Shown one piece after another: positions 9,969-19,352 of a stretch of 64,000 bases of DNA. The DNA is from a virus. Below the pieces are notes generated by a model, which did no database searches, was not told the origin of the DNA, and saw only the letters and a list, made by a program, of their open reading frames with translations. Numbering within the stretch: the first letter of the stretch is position 1; the number at the start of each line of letters is the position of its first letter. Position numbers and translations under genes: made by a program. The DNA is taken from positions 32,001 to 96,000 of the IMG/VR virus record IMGVR_UViG_3300025137_005412; one strand, given 5' to 3'.

Positions 9969-10933
9969 TGTCATCAGGTAAACTAGACAATCTAATAATT
10001 CAAATGGGTTGGAGATCAGCTCAAAAAGGTTTTGCACGTAGACGTAATGGAACACAAAGAGAAATTGCAGATACATACAATTTTGGTTTAGGTCATACAT
10101 TATTAGCCATGACATTTATTGGTGAAACATATCCGACTAAAGCACAAAGAGATGCAGGTGTATATAACCCACATATTGAAGTACTATATCCTGATTCAGA
10201 CACATCAGGTAATATCATGTTTAGATACCACGATGTTAAGTCTATATTAGATTCAGATCTAATGAATGCACCTAACTTAGTATTCGAAGCATATACACCA
10301 CTTACTGGTGATCCTGACTCAAGATTTTTAGGATTAAATGATGGTACTGCTGTTTACAATGTAGACTCAGATAAGGAATTGGTAGCTAACCTAGTAGAGT
10401 ATAACTGGGAACAAATATCAAGCTTTGGTGGTACAGATAAAAATATTGACATGTACTCATATGATATATTTCAATCACAATTTTCTAGAGCTGGTACACC
10501 AGCATTAAACTTCCCTAAATTAAGATCAGATCTTATTCCACGCTATCGAAGTGGAGAAGATCATTATACACATTGCTTTAAATTCAGTAATGATAGCGAT
10601 GGTATGGGTGTATCAGATGAGATGATTGCTAAATGGAAAACTGAGAATGAGTCGACTGCATGGAATTTTGACTCAGATACATCCTCGACACTCGAGAATG
10701 TAGTCAAAAAAATGAAGAATAGTAGATATTATCATGGTACCTTGAATGGTTTAGCCATCCTAGCATTAGTCTGTGGTGTTCCTGCAACTGTTTATATGCC
10801 AACTGCAGTATCTCTCAGCCAAGAACAGAAAGCTCTTAAAAAGATATTCCTTAATAATGGTGGCACCATAATGACTCAAGAGAATTTCATGCTGGCAAAT
10901 CAGTCTATTGGATTTACTGAAGGTAATTTATAG
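9968..10933 (+). CDS. Hypothetical protein, GT-B (GT9-like) C-terminus, DSD-rich
   Basis: YYHGTLNGLAILALVCGVPAT; NFGL motif shared with 9060 ORF; TAATG coupling. Confidence 0.4.
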   Translation: MSSGKLDNLIIQMGWRSAQKGFARRRNGTQREIADTYNFGLGHTLLAMTFIGETYPTKAQRDAGVYNPHIEVLYPDSDTSGNIMFRYHDVKSILDSDLMNAPNLVFEAYTPLTGDPDSRFLGLNDGTAVYNVDSDKELVANLVEYNWEQISSFGGTDKNIDMYSYDIFQSQFSRAGTPALNFPKLRSDLIPRYRSGEDHYTHCFKFSNDSDGMGVSDEMIAKWKTENESTAWNFDSDTSSTLENVVKKMKNSRYYHGTLNGLAILALVCGVPATVYMPTAVSLSQEQKALKKIFLNNGGTIMTQENFMLANQSIGFTEGNL

Positions 10934-10955
10934 AAAAAACTAGTATAATACTAGT

Positions 10956-11375
10956 ATGACAATGCATTTATTAAGAGGTACACCTGGCCTCAACACCAAA
11001 AAAGCTAATGTAAAATACACAAAGGCTAAACTGGCCTCTCTAAGAGTATCACATAGAAATCATAACAAATGGGCTAAAGCTAATCGCATGCCTGATCTTA
11101 TATTAGACTTCGAAGATTATAAGTTATACACTCGTGGTCTATGGAAACCTAAAACTAACACTGATATTGTCATTAACAAACTTCCCACGTTATCAAGAGA
11201 TAAGGGTCCAGAATATCCATCACTTAACAGCGGTAAATACAATGCTTTTAAGAAAGAACCAATGAAATATACTGGTACCCTTATCAAGGGAATTGCACAA
11301 ATGCATAAGTCTAATGCTGTGCCTATAATTAATAAACAACAAGCAATTGATGTTGCTAAGATGAGAAGAGGATAA
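10956..11375 (+). CDS. Conserved basic hypothetical protein of T4-like phages
   Basis: YTGTLIKGIAQMHKSNAVPI C-terminal motif; preceded by AGTATAAT. Confidence 0.6.
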   Translation: MTMHLLRGTPGLNTKKANVKYTKAKLASLRVSHRNHNKWAKANRMPDLILDFEDYKLYTRGLWKPKTNTDIVINKLPTLSRDKGPEYPSLNSGKYNAFKKEPMKYTGTLIKGIAQMHKSNAVPIINKQQAIDVAKMRRG

Positions 11376-11376
11376 G

Positions 11377-11634
11377 ATGATGATGAAAGAAGATTTATAC
11401 AGAGTATATGCAGATGTAGTCAGGTCAGATCAAATGCAAGCTTCTGAAGTAATAGCATTATTTAAAGATGAACCAGGATTTGCTGATTGGTATCGCAAAA
11501 AATATTTAGATGAAAAGTCATCAGTTCAGAAGATTGAAAGATGGGCTGAAAGAAATCCAAAAAACTCTTGGGTACAAGACACTGCTTTATTACTAATTAG
11601 AAAATTGACCAGTGTCACTAATTGCAGAAAGTAA
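11377..11634 (+). CDS. Hypothetical protein
   Basis: ORF with RBS in co-directional array. Confidence 0.5.
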   Translation: MMMKEDLYRVYADVVRSDQMQASEVIALFKDEPGFADWYRKKYLDEKSSVQKIERWAERNPKNSWVQDTALLLIRKLTSVTNCRK

Positions 11635-12193
11635 TTCCACACAAAGAAACTGGAATTTAGATAAAGATTTAGATGCAGACATTGATCTACTTCTAATAGA
11701 TGCATTACAAAATGCACCATCCAAACAAAATCTACCATTCTATATTGCTCACTTATGTAGTGACAGAGATCTTATTGAAAAGATACATGCTAATACCATG
11801 GGTTATAGTGATGCAAGTAATATAATAAGACCTAATGATCAAGTTCTTGCTCATAGATTGATCGCTTTCGAAGCATACGAAGAGCCAAATAAGTATTATG
11901 AAAATATGGATGTTGAGCAGTATAATACTTTAGTAAGGAGAGATCAATTGATGGCAGTAGGCATTGCTTCTGGTTATGTAAATTTAGTAGCACACCAACA
12001 TGGTTTGAAAACAGGATATTGTGCATGCCATAATGACACTGCTGTACGTGATTTGTTAGAAGCTGATGGTGAAATAATTACAATGATTGGTGTAGGTTAT
12101 CCTGACACAAGTAAAGATAAGAATGATTCTATGTATGGTGACTATAAGTATAAATCAAGACCAAAGAAAAAAATAGAGGTATTAATTAAATGA
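11612..12193 (+). CDS. Nitroreductase family protein
   Basis: STQRNW, APSKQN, GIASGY...AHQHGLKTGYC, IGVGYP. Confidence 0.8.
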   Translation: MSLIAESNSTQRNWNLDKDLDADIDLLLIDALQNAPSKQNLPFYIAHLCSDRDLIEKIHANTMGYSDASNIIRPNDQVLAHRLIAFEAYEEPNKYYENMDVEQYNTLVRRDQLMAVGIASGYVNLVAHQHGLKTGYCACHNDTAVRDLLEADGEIITMIGVGYPDTSKDKNDSMYGDYKYKSRPKKKIEVLIK

Positions 12194-12561
12194 CACAAAT
12201 TGTAATTGTTGGTCATTCACCTGGTAAGGTAGATGCAGAGAAATCTATGACACTTAAACGTGTAAAAGATTGGATGGAATCATGCGATATATTAATGTAT
12301 GATTGGTATAATCTTGTAGATCATCATGCACCTGATTTAAAGTTAAAAGAAGCTACACTGAAACCAGAAACACTAAAAAAATATAGTGTAATTATATCAA
12401 TTGGCAATTTAGCTGATGATTGGTGTAAGAAGAATGACATAAATAACTATAAGATGCCACATCCATCAGGACTGAATAGAATATGGAATGATAAGAGAAG
12501 AGCTAATAAGATTATAAGAGAATTAAAGAGACATATATATGCAAACTACGCAGCTATCTAG
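12190..12561 (+). CDS. Minimal uracil-DNA glycosylase-superfamily protein
   Basis: IVIVGHSPG (motif A-like), ISIGNLA, MPHPSGLNR (motif B). Confidence 0.65.
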   Translation: MTQIVIVGHSPGKVDAEKSMTLKRVKDWMESCDILMYDWYNLVDHHAPDLKLKEATLKPETLKKYSVIISIGNLADDWCKKNDINNYKMPHPSGLNRIWNDKRRANKIIRELKRHIYANYAAI

Positions 12562-13207
12562 TATATTTTCAGATGAAGAAAGACAAGCTCTATTAGAGAT
12601 ATACTACTCACATAAAGAGTATGATACTGAAGCTATGAAGAAAGCACCAGTATGTGATCATACATTAGATATAGTACAGGACAGAATCAGGCAGCTCATA
12701 GGCACTGATTATGAATACGTTTCTGGTAATTACTATGAACATACTAAACCGTTTTATCCTCACACTGACTTCAGAAAAGAATGGGTAGAAAGTATTAATA
12801 TGGTAATACCATTAAAGAATAGAACAGAAAACTATAATGGTAAGCTTGTTATATTTGATCAGATGTGGGAAGATGATAGTCAGACATGGATGATGACACA
12901 TCCAACAACTCAGTTTACAGTAAATACAGCACTAAGCGGATGTCCATTTGATTATCCTATTACAAACAAAACAGGCGAGAAGATGGATCAAATGTTTTGG
13001 GAAACTCATCTTAAACAATTCCCTTCATGGTGTTGGAATGAATTATCAGGTCATACTTATAGATACGAAGAGAACAGCATAATAATATTCAATAATAAGA
13101 AAATACACTGCACTAATAATTTTAAAGGCAGTAAGACTGGTCTTACATTAAGATATAAGAAGAGACATACAAATCCATTATTTAAGGAGTATGCAAATGT
13201 TAGTTGA
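12539..13207 (+). CDS. Putative 2OG-Fe(II) oxygenase
   Basis: PHTD...IHCT...K.GLTLR. Confidence 0.6.
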   Translation: MQTTQLSSIFSDEERQALLEIYYSHKEYDTEAMKKAPVCDHTLDIVQDRIRQLIGTDYEYVSGNYYEHTKPFYPHTDFRKEWVESINMVIPLKNRTENYNGKLVIFDQMWEDDSQTWMMTHPTTQFTVNTALSGCPFDYPITNKTGEKMDQMFWETHLKQFPSWCWNELSGHTYRYEENSIIIFNNKKIHCTNNFKGSKTGLTLRYKKRHTNPLFKEYANVS

Positions 13208-13892
13208 TATACAAGGTGTTGGTACGGTAGGTATGGCAATGAGACATATCTTTAGGCATTGCTTTCATGAAAGTTTAACTGATGTAGATGCAGTGATCAT
13301 TACAAATCATGAAGATTACTTGTATGATGTACTTACTGATGTATTGAAATGGCATACAGGTTTAGTCATAATCAAATGTACTGTAAGACCTGATATATTA
13401 AAAAAGATTATGGGTCTACATGACAAGATATGTTATGTACCTGAATTTCTTAGAGAAAAGCATTCACTTACAGATGCTACATTACCAGAGTTCAGAATAT
13501 TTGGTGGTACCAAAGAAAATATTGCATTAGCAGAAAAAGTGTTTGCTGATTCACACTCACATGCACATAGAATATTCCACATGTCCGCAGAAGAAGCTGC
13601 GTTTGTCAAGTATAGCATTAACTCTTATCTTGCTCTTAAAGTAGGTTTCTTTAATGATCTATATGATAAGGCTAAAAAAGAAAATTTGAATTGGTATAAT
13701 ATTAGTCAAGCAATTATAGCAGATGAAAGAATTGGTTCATCACATTCAGAAGTACCTGGTCATGATGGTGAGTTTGGTTTTGGTGGTAAATGTTTACCTA
13801 AAGACTTAGAAGCTTTTATAGATTATACAAAGTCTGATTTGCTTAAAGAAGTAAGAAATAGTAATGAAGGCAGGAGAGCATTAAACAAATGA
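13191..13892 (+). CDS. Short UDP-glucose/GDP-mannose 6-dehydrogenase homolog
   Basis: GVGTVG, IKCTV, PEFLRE, KYSINSYLALKV, GFGGKCLPKD; lacks C-terminal domain. Confidence 0.85.
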   Translation: MQMLVDIQGVGTVGMAMRHIFRHCFHESLTDVDAVIITNHEDYLYDVLTDVLKWHTGLVIIKCTVRPDILKKIMGLHDKICYVPEFLREKHSLTDATLPEFRIFGGTKENIALAEKVFADSHSHAHRIFHMSAEEAAFVKYSINSYLALKVGFFNDLYDKAKKENLNWYNISQAIIADERIGSSHSEVPGHDGEFGFGGKCLPKDLEAFIDYTKSDLLKEVRNSNEGRRALNK

Positions 13893-14122
13893 AGAGAGAT
13901 ATATTAGAGAGTATGATGGATATTGGTAGTGGTTTCATTATAGCCATTATAATTCAATTAACAATATTTCCTTTCTATGGTATTACAGTTTCAATATTTG
14001 AGAATTTTCAAATTGCACTAATATTCTTAATAGTGTCAATGACAAGATCAGCTTTATGGAGAAGATTTTTTAGAAGGAGAAAAGACTATGATGATAGACT
14101 TAAATATAGTAGGTATCAATGA
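13889..14122 (+). CDS. Small two-TM membrane protein
   Basis: Two hydrophobic helices; S..RS..WRRFF tail common in phage small membrane proteins. Confidence 0.6.
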   Translation: MKRDILESMMDIGSGFIIAIIIQLTIFPFYGITVSIFENFQIALIFLIVSMTRSALWRRFFRRRKDYDDRLKYSRYQ

Positions 14123-14570
14123 TCCAAGACAAGGTGTAGCAATCAAAGACGCAGTTGAAAATGCTATGCTTACATTAATGCCTAAACGTGAGAAGCCAAT
14201 ATACATCAATGTAGAAATTGGTTTAGATGAAGATATGGGTGCAGCTGTAGGTTTTATGATTGAAGGTGGTGAACCTGATGAATTTGACATGTTCTTACGT
14301 AAAGATATATTAAATGATATGGAAGAGTTGATAGTCACAGTGACACATGAATGTGTACATATAAAACAATATTTACGTAAAGAGTTAAGAGATATTAGTG
14401 CTGATAAAAAGATTTGGCATGGTGTTGAATACAATACGTCAGAAGAAGATTATAATAAATGTCCATGGGAAGTAGAAGCATATTTTCTACAATTACCAGT
14501 GGCTAATAGTATACTAAAGGAGTATGAAAAGATATGGCATTCAGGACAAACAGCAGTAGCACAGCAGTAA
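14088..14570 (+). CDS. Zincin-like metallopeptidase
   Basis: HECVH..Q and PWEVEA. Confidence 0.7.
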   Translation: MMIDLNIVGINDPRQGVAIKDAVENAMLTLMPKREKPIYINVEIGLDEDMGAAVGFMIEGGEPDEFDMFLRKDILNDMEELIVTVTHECVHIKQYLRKELRDISADKKIWHGVEYNTSEEDYNKCPWEVEAYFLQLPVANSILKEYEKIWHSGQTAVAQQ

Positions 14571-14920
14571 GCTGGGAAGAAATGATGGATTGGTCAAGAC
14601 AATTGGCCGATAAAATTAAACAATCAGATGACAAAGATGTCAAGTCAATATTTCCTGTTGATCATGAGGATATCATACCTGCTTGGATGGTTGCAAAAAA
14701 CCTAGGTATTGGTATCCTTCCAGGTCATGCAGATTTGAATGCAAAGTATTTAGCATTTCATGTAGATAACAGTGTGTTCTCTGATATTGCATTTGTCAAT
14801 TACCATTTAGAAGGTGCAGATACACAGATCTTATCTGTTCCAAAGCATTTCGTTCTCAATGAAAGTTATATTGATGAAGAACCTAAGAAAACTTATCAGT
14901 ATCCATGGTATAATATCTAG
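14534..14920 (+). CDS. Degenerate phosphoribosyltransferase-like protein
   Basis: SWEE...LA.KI, IIPA.MVA..LG and C-terminal YPW resemble purine PRTases, but PRPP loop is absent. Confidence 0.35.
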   Translation: MAFRTNSSSTAVSWEEMMDWSRQLADKIKQSDDKDVKSIFPVDHEDIIPAWMVAKNLGIGILPGHADLNAKYLAFHVDNSVFSDIAFVNYHLEGADTQILSVPKHFVLNESYIDEEPKKTYQYPWYNI

Positions 14921-14923
14921 TAT

Positions 14924-15490
14924 ATGAATATTTTTATTCTTGATGAAAGTCCAGTAATTGCAGCACAAATGCATTGTGACAAGCATGTACCTAAAATGAT
15001 AGTTGAATCTGCACAAATGATATGCACAGCTCATCGTATGCTTGATGGTTCTACAATAAGAAAGCCATCTAAATCAGGTAAGCGTATTATAAACTATTGG
15101 CAACACCCTGATCCAAATGATGAAGAGTTGCTATATAAAGCTGTTCATCATAATCATCCATGTACCGTATGGGCTAGACAAACTACAGGTAATTATGATT
15201 GGCACTATGAATTGTTTGCTGAATTATGCAATGAATTTACCAAACGATTTGGTAAAACCCATCTAACAGAATCCCTTCTCTTAGAGCGACTAAAGAAATA
15301 TCCAGTCAATTTACCTAAAGGTGATATTACACCATTTGCACTAGCAATGAGTAATAAACCAGAATGCGTAGTTGAAGGTGATGCTATACAATCATACAAA
15401 AACTACTACAAGTCTAAGCTTGAGTATATGCCAATGGATTGGACACGTGCTCAAATGAAACCTGAGTGGTTTGATGCAATCGCAATATAA
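14924..15490 (+). CDS. Pyrimidine-dimer DNA glycosylase (DenV-like) family protein
   Basis: MNIFILD..P..AAQ.HCDKHV.KMIVESAQM and H.NHPCT.W. Confidence 0.75.
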   Translation: MNIFILDESPVIAAQMHCDKHVPKMIVESAQMICTAHRMLDGSTIRKPSKSGKRIINYWQHPDPNDEELLYKAVHHNHPCTVWARQTTGNYDWHYELFAELCNEFTKRFGKTHLTESLLLERLKKYPVNLPKGDITPFALAMSNKPECVVEGDAIQSYKNYYKSKLEYMPMDWTRAQMKPEWFDAIAI

Positions 15491-15630
15491 GATAGTACCT
15501 GCATTCACAGGTGGATACAACATAATAGCAATAAATAATAGTAGCTGGCAAGAAGTGGCAGGTCCATACTTGACAGAGAAAGAAGCTCTAACTGATTTAA
15601 CATTGTATGAGCAAGGCGAAGTAGTAGATA

Positions 15631-17148
15631 ATGACAAACAAAACAAGAACTATAATAGATCTTAGAAAACTTCCAGTTAAAGACTTGACTGATATAAGTT
15701 ATGGTGGTAAGTCATCATCTCTTGAAGAGATTGATACTGAAACATTTGCTACAGCAATAAACAAAATATCCAATACATTCTGTATAGCTAAATGGAAGCA
15801 AACAACATTACACCTACAAAATGGTCATACACATTCGTGTCACCATCCACAAACACATAAGATACCATGGCAAGAGTTGCAAACAAGACCATCAGCATTA
15901 CATAATACTACTAAGAAGATGATGATGCGTGATCAGATGAAGAACAATGTAAGACCACGTGAATGTGAGTATTGTTGGAGAGTAGAAGATGCTCGTAAAA
16001 AGAAAGGTGATCCTTGGTCAGATAGAATACATAAGAGTAGAGATCATTGGGCATTAAAACATTTACCTGAGATATTAAAGAATGATTCTACTTATGATGT
16101 ACCACCTTCATATCTTGAAGTATCATTCAGTAATGTATGTAATTTTAAATGTGCGTATTGTGCACCACATATATCATCTCAATGGATGCAGGAAATTAAA
16201 GCGAAAGGTGCATATCCAACATCAGCAAAATTCAACAACTTAGATTGGATTCAAAAAGAAGGTCTAATGCCAATACCAAACAATAAGCCAAATGTATATG
16301 TTGAAGCATTTTGGAAATGGTTCCCTGAAATATACAAACACCTTGAAGTATTTCGTATTACAGGTGGTGAACCGTTTATGTCTAAAGATACTATCAAGGT
16401 ACTAGACTTTTTAACAGATAATCCTGCACCTAACATGTCATTTGCTATCAATACTAATCTATGCATACCTGATAAGTTATTTGAACAAGTCATGGGTAAA
16501 TTAAAAAGACTTGTGGTTGAGAAGAAGATCAAGAATTTACACCTATTCACAAGTGCAGAAGCATACGGTAAGGCATCAGACTATATACGATTTGGTATGG
16601 ACTATGAGCTATGGTACAGAAATTGTCAATGGGTTATAAACAACATACCTGATGTAGATGAAAACAATCCTACAGTATTGACTATAATGTCTACAGTAAA
16701 CCTATTGAGTCTACCATCATATGTAAAGTTTATTCAAGATGTAAGTATGCTAAAGAAAGAAGCTAGTGTAAACATGAAGAATCCTAAGCTCTATGAAAGA
16801 GACTTAAAAAACATGTGTCCAGTAAGAGTTGACTTTCCATATCTTAGAAATCCTGAATTCTTGACTATGTTCCTATATCAAAATCCTAAGTTTAAGCTAG
16901 AAGGTAAGAAATGGATAGACAATGCCATATTTGCAGCTAAAATGGGTGGCTTTAATGAATATGAAATAGACAGAATGACTAGGCTCCTAAACACCTATAT
17001 GGGTGACCAAAGATGGACTGAGGTACAACGTACCAAGCATGAAAGAGACTTTAAAAAGTACATTATTGAATACGATAAGAGAAGAAGTGTTGATTTTGAT
17101 ACTGTTTTTCCTGAGTTAAAAACCTTTAAAGATAGTATAATACTATAG
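15631..17148 (+). CDS. Radical SAM protein with N-terminal twitch/SPASM-like Cys cluster
   Basis: CNFKCAYC, ITGGEP, INTN; N-terminal C..KW, SCHHP, CEYCW. Confidence 0.88.
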   Translation: MTNKTRTIIDLRKLPVKDLTDISYGGKSSSLEEIDTETFATAINKISNTFCIAKWKQTTLHLQNGHTHSCHHPQTHKIPWQELQTRPSALHNTTKKMMMRDQMKNNVRPRECEYCWRVEDARKKKGDPWSDRIHKSRDHWALKHLPEILKNDSTYDVPPSYLEVSFSNVCNFKCAYCAPHISSQWMQEIKAKGAYPTSAKFNNLDWIQKEGLMPIPNNKPNVYVEAFWKWFPEIYKHLEVFRITGGEPFMSKDTIKVLDFLTDNPAPNMSFAINTNLCIPDKLFEQVMGKLKRLVVEKKIKNLHLFTSAEAYGKASDYIRFGMDYELWYRNCQWVINNIPDVDENNPTVLTIMSTVNLLSLPSYVKFIQDVSMLKKEASVNMKNPKLYERDLKNMCPVRVDFPYLRNPEFLTMFLYQNPKFKLEGKKWIDNAIFAAKMGGFNEYEIDRMTRLLNTYMGDQRWTEVQRTKHERDFKKYIIEYDKRRSVDFDTVFPELKTFKDSIIL

Positions 17149-17174
17149 TAAAACAATTTAAAGTGAGGTAAATT

Positions 17175-17327
17175 ATGGAAGCACATCCAGAAGTAGAATC
17201 GCTGAAGCATAGAATACAAGAACTTGAGCGTGATATTGGCAATTACAGAGTTCAGATTGCCGAATACAGGCAAATCGTACATGAACTATCTAACAAAAAT
17301 AAAAAAGAATATTGGAGAACACCATGA
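17175..17327 (+). CDS. Small coiled-coil protein (not in ORF track)
   Basis: RBS GAGG; MEAHPEVESLKHRIQELERD...; stop overlaps next ATG. Confidence 0.5.
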   Translation: MEAHPEVESLKHRIQELERDIGNYRVQIAEYRQIVHELSNKNKKEYWRTP

Positions 17328-17602
17328 GAGAACATTATGATTCTATAATGAATGATAAGGTAAATGCACTTAAAGATTTACCTTTTCAAGTCAAGTTCAT
17401 GTCTATGCAGATATTAGCATGGATGTGGTCTGCTGTTTTTGGTATCTACATCATAGAGAGTATATATGCATTTGGCATATCAGCTCTTGCACATGCACTG
17501 TTTATTGCAATGACTGGCCTAACGGCTATATACTTTAAGCAAGTACAAAGAGAAAGAGTAGATGGTATACTAACAAGAGGTAAAGGCGGAGAACATGAGT
17601 AG
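17324..17602 (+). CDS. Small two-TM membrane protein
   Basis: MQILAWMWSAVFGI hydrophobic helices; ATGA coupling at 17324. Confidence 0.6.
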   Translation: MREHYDSIMNDKVNALKDLPFQVKFMSMQILAWMWSAVFGIYIIESIYAFGISALAHALFIAMTGLTAIYFKQVQRERVDGILTRGKGGEHE

Positions 17603-17674
17603 TAAAGAAAGATTACTTTGGTTTATATTTGGTTTTATGCCTTTCATATTTTTAATAATAGCATTAGCTGAAGG

Positions 17675-17989
17675 ATGGATAGTTATATGAGTGATGAAAA
17701 AATCTATATATCACCTGATGGTGGTAAAACAATATATGAACAAATAGATGGTAAGCGTGGTCCATTAGTAGATAAAAAGAGTGATGACTTTGATGTACCA
17801 AGCTGGAAGTACATTCGAGTAGAGTACGAGGAAAGTATCATACAAATAAATAAATTAATAGAACTTCACGAAATGAAATACAACAAGACTCGTGAAGAGT
17901 TTCATAAAAAGGCTTATGAATCTTTAATCTCGTACATGCATGAATTAAAAGCTTACATTGTAAAGAAAGAGGAGGATTACTTTAAATGA
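17675..17989 (+). CDS. Hypothetical protein
   Basis: IYISPDGGKTIY motif; co-directional. Confidence 0.5.
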   Translation: MDSYMSDEKIYISPDGGKTIYEQIDGKRGPLVDKKSDDFDVPSWKYIRVEYEESIIQINKLIELHEMKYNKTREEFHKKAYESLISYMHELKAYIVKKEEDYFK

Positions 17990-18573
17990 AAATGTTCAAA
18001 GACGGCACATGGTTGATGTGGTTGGCACTTACCATGATGTTTATGTTTTTTGTTATGTTGCCTACAGGTGCAGCAACCGAGCCAAAACAACCCATCATAG
18101 AATATACTAATCAAGATGAATTCATAACATCAGTCCAGTCATGTGCTACATTTGAGAATTCACTCTTAAATGAAAATGATCATGTACCAGTAGAGATCAT
18201 TACTGCAATGGCAGTATTAGAAACCGGTTATGGTAAGAGTAGATTCGCTAATGTTGCAAACAACTTGTTTGGTATCAGAACATGGGATCTATCAACACCA
18301 CATGTCAAGCCACTTGGTTATGAAGGTAATGAAATAAAGTGGGCTGTAAAGAAGTACGATACTAAATGTGATAGTGTCAAGCACATGATCAGTATACTAA
18401 ATAACCTACATTTCTATGAGAAGTTTAGAGAAGCAAGAGAACAGTTCTTTAATTTCAGAGGTGTAAGTCTATATGACATGGTCCATACATTACATCCATG
18501 GAGCACCAATCCAGAATATACCAACCTTATAAACAATAGAGTCAAGCACATCGAAGTCGCATTTTCTGACTAA
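17986..18573 (+). CDS. GH73 glucosaminidase / Bax-like peptidoglycan hydrolase with N-terminal TM or signal
   Basis: AVLETGYGKSRFA, NNLFGI, WSTNPEY. Confidence 0.8.
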   Translation: MKMFKDGTWLMWLALTMMFMFFVMLPTGAATEPKQPIIEYTNQDEFITSVQSCATFENSLLNENDHVPVEIITAMAVLETGYGKSRFANVANNLFGIRTWDLSTPHVKPLGYEGNEIKWAVKKYDTKCDSVKHMISILNNLHFYEKFREAREQFFNFRGVSLYDMVHTLHPWSTNPEYTNLINNRVKHIEVAFSD

Positions 18574-18585
18574 AACTCACATTTT

Positions 18586-18759
18586 ACTGTGATATATTTG
18601 TCACAGTTGTCAATAAAAACACTCTTAAAGTACTAAGTAGTTGTTTTCTAATAACAAAATAATCTAAAAAAACTGCAGTTTAATGTAAAAAACGTTGTAC
18701 ATTACCGTATAACCTGTATAGAATAGTACATATAACTGATTAACAAAGGAGAATATATG
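18586..18759 (+). promoter_or_regulatory. Early promoter cassette A
   Basis: Palindrome 18586-18607, IHF-like box 18634-18646, TGTACA-N17-TAGAAT, RBS AAAGGAG. Confidence 0.75.
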
Positions 18760-19038
18760 ACAATTAATATAACTACAGGATATGAATACACTGGTTCAAA
18801 TGCAGATGCATGCGGTGATATTGAAGAAGTTTGTACATTTAAACAAGGTATCAAACACTTTGGCATTAGCGGTGGACAAGTTAAAGGCATGAAAGCAGTT
18901 GCTAGATTGGTAAGATACAGAATAGAAGAAGATGATGACGGTAAAGAAATCAAACGTCCAGTATACTTCTCAGTATTTGATGCTAATGAGTTTGCTGCTA
19001 GAAAAGCTTTACTTAAACCAACTAAGAGGGTAGCATAA
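18757..19038 (+). CDS. ArdC N-terminal-like ssDNA-binding protein
   Basis: NITTGYEYTGSN, TFKQ, VKG.K, YFSVF match the ArdC-N pattern. Confidence 0.55.
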   Translation: MTINITTGYEYTGSNADACGDIEEVCTFKQGIKHFGISGGQVKGMKAVARLVRYRIEEDDDGKEIKRPVYFSVFDANEFAARKALLKPTKRVA

Positions 19039-19304
19039 TGCATGAAACATTTGAAACAACTGTTGATACTTATCATCATATGACTAAGATGGTAATAGAC
19101 AAATTTAAAGTGAAATATAGAAGCCCATACTGCGAGAGCTCATTATGGAAAGGTATACCTATTGAGTTCTTACCCACATTCAAACAATTGTTTGGTACTG
19201 GGTACTTAATCAAGTATAGAGGCACCTCTAAAGACTATTACAGCAGACCACAAGCACATTGTCATAAACAATATGCAGATACATTTGCAGTATACAGAAA
19301 ATAA
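19038..19304 (+). CDS. Hypothetical early protein
   Basis: TAATG coupled ORF. Confidence 0.55.
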   Translation: MHETFETTVDTYHHMTKMVIDKFKVKYRSPYCESSLWKGIPIEFLPTFKQLFGTGYLIKYRGTSKDYYSRPQAHCHKQYADTFAVYRK

Positions 19305-19352
19305 TTCGCTTTAAGAGTATAATATTAATAACAATCAAGCAAGGGAGACATC

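Noticed and set aside
18586-18607. Canonical CRP box or matS
   Set aside because: Spacer is 8 nt rather than 6, and it does not fit GTGACRNYGTCAC.
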